The position numbers and the translations under genes are program-made. From assembly GCA_964057225.1 (NCBI GenBank), contig OZ059900.1:22506001-22570000 (forward strand): a stretch of DNA of 64,000 nt, written 5' to 3'. The notes beneath the pieces are model-generated. The model made no database searches, was not told where the DNA came from, and saw nothing but the letters and a program-made list of their open reading frames with translations. The stretch is from Auanema rhodensis (taxonomy: Eukaryota > Animalia > Nematoda). Of the stretch, positions 1 through 11,800 are shown one piece after another; positions within the stretch are counted from its first letter, which is position 1; each line of letters begins with the position of its first letter.

Positions 1-2733
1 GAAGTATTTTGCATGCTGAACACTAGAAAAATACAAAAACACAGTATTTCCCATGAGAAATATTTTATTATGCTGGAAAACCAGTTTTTGGAAATTTCGC
101 TGTAAACAAGGTTTTGACTTACGATTTCATGTGTTCAAACTCATGCAATGTCAATGAAACCTAGCTAAAAATTGTTCCTACAACGTCTAGTTCCACTTTC
201 ACGACAAAAAACAGGGGTTAGAAAATTAAGGAAATTAGCATAATCTGAGGGCACGCCCCTTATGGCTAATATTGATTAAATCGATTTTTGTTCATATGAG
301 TCGTCAAATGCAACGAATTTCAGCGTGTCACATACTTAAATGAAGCATTTTACATGCTGAACACTAGAAAAATACAAAAACACAGTATTTCCCATGAGAA
401 ATATTTTATTATGCTGGAAAACCACTTTTTGGAAATTTCGCTGTAAACAAGGTTTTGACTTACGATTTCATGTGTTCAAACTCATGCAATGTCAATGAAA
501 CCTAGCTCAAAACTGTTCCTACAACGTCTAGTTCCACTTTCACGACAAAAAAACAGGGGTTAGAAAATTAAGGAAATTAGCATATTCTGAGGGCACGACC
601 CTTATGGCTAATATTGATTAAATCGATTTTTGTTCATATGAGTCGTCAAATGCAACGAATTTCAGCGTGTTACATACTAAAATGAAGCATTTTACATGCT
701 GAACACTAAAAAAATACAAAAACACAGTATTTCCCATGAGAAATATTTTATTATGCTGGAAAACGAGTTTTTGGAAATTTCGCTGTAAACAAGGTTTTGA
801 CTTACGATTTCATGTGTTCAAACTCATGCAATGTCAATGAAACCTAGCTCAAAATTGTTCCTACAACGTCTAGTTCCACTTTCACGACAAAAAAACAGGG
901 GTTAGAAAATTAAGGAAATTAGCATATTCTGAGGGCACGCCCCTTATGGCTAATATTGATTAAATCGATTTTTGTTCATATGAGTCGTCAAATGCAACGA
1001 ATTTCAGCGTGTTACATACTTAAATGAAGCATTTTACATGCTGAACACTAGAAAAATACAAAAACACAGTATTTCCCATGAGAAATATTTTATTATACTG
1101 GAAACCAGTTTTTGGAATTTTCGCTGTAAACAAGGTTTTGACTTACGATTTCATGTGTTCAAACTCATGCAATGTCAATGAAACCTAGCTCAAAACTGTT
1201 CGTACAACGTCTAGTTCCACTTTCACGACAAAAAAACAGGGGTTAGAAAATTTAGGAAATTAGCATATTCTGAGGGCACGCCCCTTATGGCTAATATTGA
1301 TTAAATCGATTTTTGTTCATATGAGTCGTCAAATGCAACGAATTTCAGCGTGTTACATACTAAAATGAAGCATTTTACATGCTGAACACTAGAAAAATAC
1401 AAAAACACAGTTTTTCCCATGAGAAATATTTTATTATGCTGGAAAACCAGTTTTTGGAAATTTCGCTGTAAACAAGGTTTTGACTTACGATTTCATGTGT
1501 TCAAACTCATGCAATGTCAATGAAACCTAGCTCAAAACTGTTCGTACAACGTCTGGTTCCACTTTCACGACAAAAAAACAGGGGTTAGAAAATTTAGGAA
1601 ATTAGCATATTCTGAGGGCACGCCCCTTATGGCTAATATTGATTAAATCGATTTTTGTTCATATGAGTCGTCAAATGCAACGAATTTCAGCGTGTTACAT
1701 ACTAAAATGAAGTATTTTACATGCTGAACACTAGAAAAATACAAAAACACAGTATTTCCCATAAGAAATATTTTATTATGCTGGAAAACCAGTTTTTGGA
1801 AATTTCGCTGTAAACAAGGTTTTGACTTACGATTTCATGTGTTCAAACTCATGCAATGTCAATGAAACCTAGCTCAAAATTGTTCGTACAACGTCTAGTT
1901 ACACTTTCACGACAAAAAAACAGGGGTTAGAAAATTAAGGAAATTAGCATATTCTGAGGGCACGCCCCTTATGGCTAATATTGATTAAATCGATGTTTGT
2001 TCATATGAGTCGTCAAATGCAACGAATTTCAGCGTGTTACATACTAAAATGAAGTATTTTACATGCTGAACACTAGAAAAATACAAAAACACAGTATTTC
2101 CCATGAGAAATATTTTATTATGCTGGAAAACCAGTTTTTGGAAATTTCGCTGTAAACAAGGTTTTGACTTACGATTTCATGTGTTCAAACTCATGCAATG
2201 TCAATGAAACCTAGCTCAAAATTGTTTGTACAACGTCTAGTTCCACTTTCACGACAAAAAAACAGGGGTTAGAAAATTAAGGAAATTAGCATATTCTGAG
2301 GGCACGCCCCTTATGGCTAATATTGATTAAATCGATTTTTGTTCATATGAGTAGTCAAATGCAACGAATTTCAGCGTGTTACATACTTAAATGAAGCATT
2401 TTACATGCTGAACACTAGAAAAATACAAAAACACAGTATTTCCCATGAGAAATATTTTATTATACTGGAAACCAGTTTTTGGAATTTTCGCTGTAAACAA
2501 GGTTTTGACTTACAATTTCATGTGTTCAAACTCATGCAATGTCAATGAAACCTAGCTCAAAATTGTTCGTACAACGTCTAGTTCCACTTTCACGACAAAA
2601 AAACAGGGGTTAGAAAATTAAGGAAATTAGCATATTCTGAGGGCACGCCCCTTATGGCTAATATTGATTAAATCGATTTTTGTTCATATGAGTCGTCAAA
2701 TGCAACGAATTTCAGCGTGTTACATACTAAAAT
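1..2733 (+). repeat. Eight monomers (A-H) of the 9-mer HOR
   Basis: Ordered markers: A TTTTGCATG/GCTAAAAA/CATAATC/GTGTCAC; B ACCACT/CACGACCC; C AACGAG; D TATACTGGAAACC+AACTGTTCGT; E TCTGG; F TTACAC/GATGTTT; G GTTTGTA/GAGTAG; H TACAATT. The same order occurs from 56033 onward. Confidence 0.9.
342..683 (+). repeat. Representative full-length 342-bp monomer (phase chosen arbitrarily)
   Basis: GAAGCATTTT at 342 to the next GAAGCATTTT at 684. Confidence 0.97.
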
Positions 2734-5700
2734 GAAGCATTTTACATGCTAAACACTAGAAAAATACAAAAACACAGTATTTCCCATGAGAAATATTTTA
2801 TTATGCTGGAAAACCAGTTTTTGGAAATTTCGCTGTAAACAAGGTTTTGACTTACGATTTCATGTGTTCAAACTCATGCAATGTCAATGAAACCTAGCTC
2901 AAAATTGTTCCTACAACGTCTAATTCCACTTTCACGACAAAAAAACAGGGGTTAGAAAATTAAGGAAATTAGCACATTCTGAGGGCACGCCCCTTATGGC
3001 TAATATTGATTAAATCGATTTTTGTTCATATGAGTCGTCAAATGCAACAAATTTCAGCGTGTTACATACTAAAATGAAGTATTTTACATGCTGAACACTA
3101 GAAAAATACAAAAACACAGTTTTTCCCATGAGAAATATTTTATTATGCTGGAAAACCAGTTTTTGGAAAGTTCGCTGTAAACAAGGTTTTGACTTACGAT
3201 TTCATGTGTTCAAACTCATGCAATGTCAATGAAACCTAGCTCAAAATTGTTCCTACAACGTCTAATTCCACTTTCACGACAAAAAAACAGGGGTTAGAAA
3301 ATTAAGGAAATTAGCACATTCTGAGGGCACGCCCCTTATGGCTAATATTGATTAAATCGATTTTTGTTCATATGAGTCGTCAAATGCAACGAATTTCAGC
3401 GTGTTACATACTTAAATGAAGCATTTTACATGCTGAACACTAGAAAAATACAAAAACACAGTATTTCCCATGAGAAATATTTTATTATACTGGAAACCAG
3501 TTTTTGGAATTTTCGCTGTAAACAAGGTTTTGACTTACGATTTCATGTGTTCAAACTCATGCAATGTCAATGAAACCTAGCTCAAAACTGTTCGTACAAC
3601 GTCTAGTTCCACTTTCACGACAAAAAAACAGGGGTTAGAAAGTTTAGGAAATTAGCATATTCTGAGGGCACGCCCCTTATGGCTAATATTGATTAAATCG
3701 ATTTTTGTTCATATGAGTCGTCAAATGCAACGAATTTCAGCGTGTTACATACTAAAATGAAGTATTTTACATGCTGAACACTAGAAAAGTACAAAAACAC
3801 AGTATTTCCCATAAGAAATATTTTATTATACTGGAAACCAGTTTTTGGAATTTTCGCTGTAAACAAGGTTTTGACTTACGATTTCATGTGTTCAAACTCA
3901 TGCAATGTCAATGAAACCTAGCTCAAAATTGTTCGTACAACGTCTAGTTCCACTTTCACGACAAAAAAACAGGGGTTAGAAAATTAAGGAAATTAGCATA
4001 TTCTGAGGGCACGCCCCTTATGGCTAATATTGATTAAATCGATTTTTGTTCATATGAGTCGTCAAATGCAATTAATTTCAGCGTGTTACATACTTAAATG
4101 AAGCATTTTACATGCTGAACACTAGAAAAATACAAAAACACAGTATTTCCCATGAGAAATATTTTATTATACTGGAAACCAGTTTTTGGAATTTTCGCTG
4201 TAAACAAGGTTTTGACTTACGATTTCATGTGTTCAAACTCATGCAATGTCAATGAAACCTAGCTCAAAACTGTTCGTACAACGTCTAGTTCCACTTTCAC
4301 GACAAAAAAACAGGGGTTAGAAAATTTAGGAAATTAGCATATTCTGAGGACACGCCCCTTATGGCTAATATTGATTAAATCGATTTTTGTTCATATGAGT
4401 CGTCAAATGCAACGAATTTCAGCGTGTTACATACTAAAATGAAGCATTTTACATGCTGAACACTAGAAAAATACAAAAACACAGTTTTTCCCATGAGAAA
4501 TATTTTATTATGCTGGAAAACCAGTTTTTGGAAATTTCGCTGTAAACAAGGTTTTGACTTACGATTTCATGTGTTCAAACTCATGCAATGTCAATGAAAC
4601 CTAGCTCAAAATTGTTCGTACAACGTCTAGTTCCACTTTCACGACAAAAAAACAGGGGTTAGAAAATTTAGGAAATTAGCATATTCTGAGGGCACGCCCC
4701 TTATGGCTAATATTGATTAAATCGATTTTTGTTCATATGAGTCGTCAAATGCAACAAATTTCAGCGTGTTACATACTAAAATGAAGTATTTTACATGCTG
4801 AACACTAGAAAAATACAAAAACACAGTTTTTCCCATGAGAAATATTTTATTATGCTGGAAAACCAGTTTTTGGAAATTTCGCTGTAAACAAGGTTTTGAC
4901 TTACGATTTCATGTGTTCAAACTCATGCAATGTCAATGAAACCTAGCTCAAAATTGTTCCTACAACGTCTAGTTCCACTTTCACGACAAAAAAACAGGGG
5001 TTAGAAAATTTAGGAAATTAGCATATTCTGAGGGCACGCCCCTTATGGCTAATATTGATTAAATCGATTTTTGTTCATATGAGTCGTCAAATGCATTGAA
5101 TTTCAGCGTATTACATACTAAAATGAAGTATTTTACATGCTGAACACTAGAAAAATACAAAAACACAGTTTTTCCCATGAGAAATATTTTATTATGCTGG
5201 AAAACCAGTTTTTGGAAATTTCGCTGTAAACAAGGTTTTGACTTACGATTTCATGTGTTCAAACTCATGCAATGTCAATGAAACCTAGCTCAAAACTGTT
5301 CGTACAACGTCTGGTTCCACTTTCACGACAAAAAAACAGGGGTTAGAAAATTTAGGAAATTAGCATATTCTGAGGGCACGCCCCTTATGGCTAATATTGA
5401 TTAAATCGATTTTTGTTCATATGAGTCGTCAAATGCAACGAATTTCAGCGTGTTACATACTAAAATGAAGTATTTTACATGCTGAACACTAGAAAAATAC
5501 AAAAACACAGTATTTCCCATAAGAAATATTTTATTATGCTGGAAAACCAGTTTTTGGAAATTTCGCTGTAAACAAGGTTTTGACTTACGATTTCATGTGT
5601 TCAAACTCATGCAATGTCAATGAAACCTAGCTCAAAATTGTTCCTACAACGTCTAATTCCACTTTCACGACAAAAAAACAGGGGTTAGAAAATTAAGGAA

Positions 5701-8510
5701 ATTAGCACATTCTGAGGGCACGCCCCTTATGGCTAATATTGATTAAATCGATTTTTGTTCATATGAGTCGTCAAATGCAACAAATTTCAGCGTGTTACAT
5801 ACTAAAATGAAGTATTTTACATGCTGAACACTAGAAAAATACAAAAACACAGTATTTCCCATGAGAAATATTTTATTATGCTGGAAAACCAGTTTTTGGA
5901 AATTTCGCTGTAAACAAGGTTTTGACTTACGATTTCATGTGTTCAAACTCATGCAATGTCAATGAAACCTAGCTCAAAATTGTTTGTACAACGTCTAGTT
6001 CCACTTTCACGACAAAAAAACAGGGGTTAGAAAATTAAGGAAATTAGCATATTCTGAGGGCACGCCCCTTATGGCTAATATTGATTAAATCGATTTTTGT
6101 TCATATGAGTAGTCAAATGCAACGAATTTCAGCGTGTTACATACTTAAATGAAGCATTTTACATGCTGAACACTAGAAAAATACAAAAACACAGTATTTC
6201 CCATGAGAAATATTTTATTATACTGGAAACCAGTTTTTGGAATTTTCGCTGTAAACAAGGTTTTGACTTACAATTTCATGTGTTCAAACTCATGCAATGT
6301 CAATGAAACCTAGCTCAAAATTGTTCGTACAACGTCTAGTTCCACTTTCACGACAAAAAAACAGGGGTTAGAAAATTAAGGAAATTAGCATATTCTGAGG
6401 GCACGCCCCTTATGGCTAATATTGATTAAATCGATTTTTGTTCATATGAGTCGTCAAATGCAACGAATTTCAGCGTGTTACATACTAAAATGAAGCATTT
6501 TACATGCTAAACACTAGAAAAATACAAAAACACAGTATTTCCCATGAGAAATATTTTATTATGCTGGAAAACCAGTTTTTGGAAATTTCGCTGTAAACAA
6601 GGTTTTGACTTACGATTTCATGTGTTCAAACTCATGCAATGTCAATGAAACCTAGCTCAAAATTGTTCCTACAATGTCTAATTCCACTTTCACGACAAAA
6701 AAACAGGGGTTAGAAAATTAAGGAAATTAGCACATTCTGAGGGCACGCCCCTTATGGCTAATATTGATTAAATCGATTTTTGTTCATATGAGTCGTCAAA
6801 TGCAACAAATTTCAGCGTGTTACATACTAAAATGAAGTATTTTACATGCTGAACACTAGAAAAATACAAAAACACAGTTTTTCCCATGAGAAATATTTTA
6901 TTATGCTGGAAAACCAGTTTTTGGAAAGTTCGCTGTAAACAAGGTTTTGACTTACGATTTCATGTGTTCAAACTCATGCAATGTCAATGAAACCTAGCTC
7001 AAAATTGTTCCTACAACGTCTAATTCCACTTTCACGACAAAAAAACAGGGGTTAGAAAATTAAGGAAATTAGCACATTCTGAGGGCACGCCCCTTATGGC
7101 TAATATTGATTAAATCGATTTTTGTTCATATGAGTCGTCAAATGCAACGAATTTCAGCGTGTTACATACTTAAATGAAGCATTTTACATGCTGAACACTA
7201 GAAAAATACAAAAACACAGTATTTCCCATGAGAAATATTTTATTATACTGGAAACCAGTTTTTGGAATTTTCGCTGTAAACAAGGTTTTGACTTACGATT
7301 TCATGTGTTCAAACTCATGCAATGTCAATGAAACCTAGCTCAAAACTGTTCGTACAACGTCTAGTTCCACTTTCACGACAAAAAAACAGGGGTTAGAAAG
7401 TTTAGGAAATTAGCATATTCTGAGGGCACGCCCCTTATGGCTAATATTGATTAAATCGATTTTTGTTCATATGAGTCGTCAAATGCAACGAATTTCAGCG
7501 TGTTACATACTAAAATGAAGTATTTTACATGCTGAACACTAGAAAAGTACAAAAACACAGTATTTCCCATAAGAAATATTTTATTATACTGGAAACCAGT
7601 TTTTGGAATTTTCGCTGTAAACAAGGTTTTGACTTACGATTTCATGTGTTCAAACTCATGCAATGTCAATGAAACCTAGCTCAAAATTGTTCGTACAACG
7701 TCTAGTTCCACTTTCACGACAAAAAAACAGGGGTTAGAAAATTAAGGAAATTAGCATATTCTGAGGGCACGCCCCTTATGGCTAATATTGATTAAATCGA
7801 TTTTTGTTCATATGAGTCGTCAAATGCAATTAATTTCAGCGTGTTACATACTTAAATGAAGCATTTTACATGCTGAACACTAGAAAAATACAAAAACACA
7901 GTATTTCCCATGAGAAATATTTTATTATACTGGAAACCAGTTTTTGGAATTTTCGCTGTAAACAAGGTTTTGACTTACGATTTCATGTGTTCAAACTCAT
8001 GCAATGTCAATGAAACCTAGCTCAAAACTGTTCGTACAACGTCTAGTTCCACTTTCACGACAAAAAAACAGGGGTTAGAAAATTTAGGAAATTAGCATAT
8101 TCTGAGGACACGCCCCTTATGGCTAATATTGATTAAATCGATTTTTGTTCATATGAGTCGTCAAATGCAACGAATTTCAGCGTGTTACATACTAAAATGA
8201 AGCATTTTACATGCTGAACACTAGAAAAATACAAAAACACAGTTTTTCCCATGAGAAATATTTTATTATGCTGGAAAACCAGTTTTTGGAAATTTCGCTG
8301 TAAACAAGGTTTTGACTTACGATTTCATGTGTTCAAACTCATGCAATGTCAATGAAACCTAGCTCAAAATTGTTCGTACAACGTCTAGTTCCACTTTCAC
8401 GACAAAAAAACAGGGGTTAGAAAATTTAGGAAATTAGCATATTCTGAGGGCACGCCCCTTATGGCTAATATTGATTAAATCGATTTTTGTTCATATGAGT
8501 CGTCAAATGC
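2051..8510 (+). repeat. Duplicated block of ~8 monomers, offset 3758 bp (11 monomers)
   Basis: ATTGTTTGTA at 2221 and 5979. The private markers GCTAAACAC, AAAGTTTAGG and GAGGACAC each occur twice at the same offset. Confidence 0.88.
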
Positions 8511-8882
8511 AACGAATTTCATCGTGTTACATACTAAAATGAAGTATTTTACATGCTGAACACTAGAAAAATACAAAAACACAGTATTTCCCATGAGAAA
8601 TATTTTATTATGCTGGAAAACCAGTTTTTGGAAGTTTCGCTGTAAACAAGGTTTTGACTTACGATTTCATGTGTTCAAACTCATGCAATGTCAATGAAAC
8701 CTAGCTCAAAATTGTTCCTACAACGTCTAGTTCCACTTTCACGACAAAAAAACAGGGGTTAGAAAATTTAGGAAATTAGCATATTCTGAGGGCACGCCCC
8801 TTATGGCTAATATTGATTAAATCGATTTTTGTTCATATGAGTCGTCAAATGCAACGAATTTCAGCGTATTACATACTAAAAT

Positions 8883-11800
8883 GAAGTATTTCACATGCTG
8901 AACACTAGAAAAATACAAAAACACAGTATTTCCCATGAGAAATATTTTATTATGCTGGAAAACCAGTTTTTGGAAATTTCGCTGTAAACAAGGTTTTGAC
9001 TTACGATTTCATGTGTTCAAACTCATGCAATGTCAATGAAACCTTGCTCAAAATTGTTCCTACAACGTCTAGTTCCACTTTCACGACAAAAAAACAGGGG
9101 TTAGAAAATTAAGGAAATTAGCATATTCTGAGGGCACGCCCCTTATGGCTAATATTGATTAAATCGATTTTTGTTCATATGAGTCGTCAAATGAAACGAA
9201 TTTCAGGGTGTTACATACTAAAATGAAGCATTTTACATGCTGAACACTATAAAAATACAAAAACACAGTATTTCCCATGAGAAATATTTTATTATGCTGG
9301 AAAACCAGTTTTTGGAAAGTTCGCTGTAAACAAGGTTTTGACTTACGATTTCATGTGTTCAAACTCATGCAATGTCAATGAAACCTAGCTCAAAATTGTT
9401 CCTACAACGTCTAATTCCACTTTCACGACAAAAAAACAGGGGTTAGAAAATTAAGGAAATTAGCACATTCTGAGGGCACGCCCCTTATGGCTAATATTGA
9501 TTAAATCGATTTTTGTTCATATGAGTCGTCAAATGCAACAAATTTCAGCGTGTTACATACTAAAATGAAGTATTTTACATGCTGAACACTAGAAAAATAC
9601 AAAAACACAGTTTTTCCCATGAGAAATATTTTATTATGCTGGAAAACCAGTTTTTGGAAATTTCGCTGTAAACAAGGTTTTGACTTACGATTTCATGTGT
9701 TCAAACTCATGCAATGTCAATGAAACCTAGCTCAAAATTGTTCCTACAACGTCTAGTTCCACTTTCACGACAAAAAAACAGGGGTTAGAAAATTTAGGAA
9801 ATTAGCATATTCTGAGGGCACGCCCCTTATGGCTAATATTGATTAAATCGATTTTTGTTCATATGAGTCGTCAAATGCATTGAATTTCAGCGTATTACAT
9901 ACTAAAATGAAGTATTTCACATGCTGAACACTAGAAAAATACAAAAACACAGTATTTCCCATGAGAAATATTTTATTATGCTGGAAAACCAGTTTTTGGA
10001 AATTTCACTGTAAACAAGGTTTTGACTTACGATTTCATGTGTTCAAACTCATGCAATGTCAATGAAACCTTGCTCAAAATTGTTCCTACAACGTCTAGTT
10101 CCACTTTCACGACAAAAAAACAGGGGTTAGAAAATTAAGGAAATTAGCATATTCTGAGGGCACGCCCCTTATGGCTAATATTGATTAAATCGATTTTTGT
10201 TCATATGAGTCGTCAAATGCAACGAATTTCAGCGTGTTACATACTAAAATGAAGCATTTTACATGCTGAACACTATAAAAATACAAAAACACAGTATTTC
10301 CCATGAGAAATATTTTATTATGCTGGAAAACCAGTTTTTGGAAATTTCGCTGTAAACAAGGTTTTGACTTACGATTTCATGTGTTCAAACTCATGCAATG
10401 TCAATGAAACCTAGCTCAAAATTGTTCCTACAACGTCTAATTCCACTTTCACGACAAAAAAACAGGGGTTAGAAAATTAAGGAAATTAGCACATTCTGAG
10501 GGCACGCCCCTTATGGCTAATATTGATTAAATCGATTTTTGTTCATATGAGTCGTCAAATGCAACGAATTTCAGCGTATTACAAACTAAAATGAAGTATT
10601 TCACATGCTGAACACTAGAAAAATACAAAAACACAGTATTTCCCATGAGAAATATTTTATTATGCTGGAAAACCAGTTTTTGGAAATTTCGCTGTAAACA
10701 AGGTTTTGACTTACGATTTCATGTGTTCAAACTCATGCAATGTCAATGAAACCTTGCTCAAAATTGTTCCTACAACGTCTAGTTCCACTTTCACGACAAA
10801 AAAACAGGGGTTAGAAAATTTAGGAAATTAGCATATTCTGAGGGCACGCCCCTTATGGCTAATATTGATTAAATCGATTTTTGTTCATATGAGTCGTCAA
10901 ATGAAACGAATTTCAGGGTGTTACATACTAAAATGAAGCATTTTACATGCTGAACACTATAAAAATACAAAAACACAGTATTTCCCATGAGAAATATTTT
11001 ATTATGCTGGAAAACCAGTTTTTGGAAAGTTCGCTGTAAACAAGGTTTTGACTTACGATTTCATGTGTTCAAACTCATGCAATGTCAATGAAACCTAGCT
11101 CAAAATTGTTCCTACAACGTCTAATTCCACTTTCACGACAAAAAAACAGGGGTTAGAAAATTAAGGAAATTAGCACATTCTGAGGGCACGCCCCTTATGG
11201 CTAATATTGATTAAATCGATTTTTGTTCATATGAGTCGTCAAATGCAACGAATTTCAGCGTGTTACATACTAAAATGAAGTATTTTACATGCTGAACACT
11301 AGAAAAATACAAAAACACAGTATTTCCCATGAGAAATATTTTATTATGCTGGAAAACCAGTTTTTGGAAATTTCGCTGTAAACAAGGTTTTGACTTACGA
11401 TTTCATGTGTTCAAACTCATGCAATGTCAATGAAACCTAGCTCAAAATTGTTCCTACAACGTCTAGTTCCACTTTCACGACAAAAAACAGGGGTTAGAAA
11501 ATTAAGGAAATTAGCATATTCTGAGGGCACGCCCCTTATGGCTAATATTGATTAAATCGATTTTTGTTCATATGAGTCGTCAAATGCAACGAATTTCAGC
11601 GTATTACAAACTAAAATGAAGTATTTCACATGCTGAACACTAGAAAAATACAAAAACACAGTATTTCCCATGAGAAATATTTTATTATGCTGGAAAACCA
11701 GTTTTTGGAAATTTCGCTGTAAACAAGGTTTTGACTTACGATTTCATGTGTTCAAACTCATGCAATGTCAATGAAACCTAGCTCAAAATTGTTCCTACAA

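Noticed and set aside
13-105. 30-codon ORF (MLNTRKIQKHSISHEKYFIMLENQFLEISL) in each monomer
   Set aside because: Its length is expected by chance, it resembles no protein I recognise, and common 1-bp deletions frameshift it.
214-240. Telomere-like GGGTTAG / TTTAGG motifs
   Set aside because: These are isolated, non-tandem matches and give no evidence of a telomeric origin.
342-683. Primate alpha-satellite dimer (2 x 171 bp)
   Set aside because: Only the length matches. The two halves do not align at a 171-bp offset, and there is no alphoid similarity or intact CENP-B box.
342-683. 5S rRNA, tRNA or snRNA tandem gene unit
   Set aside because: No recognisable 5S, tRNA or spliced-leader sequence, and no Pol III A/B/C boxes, on either strand.
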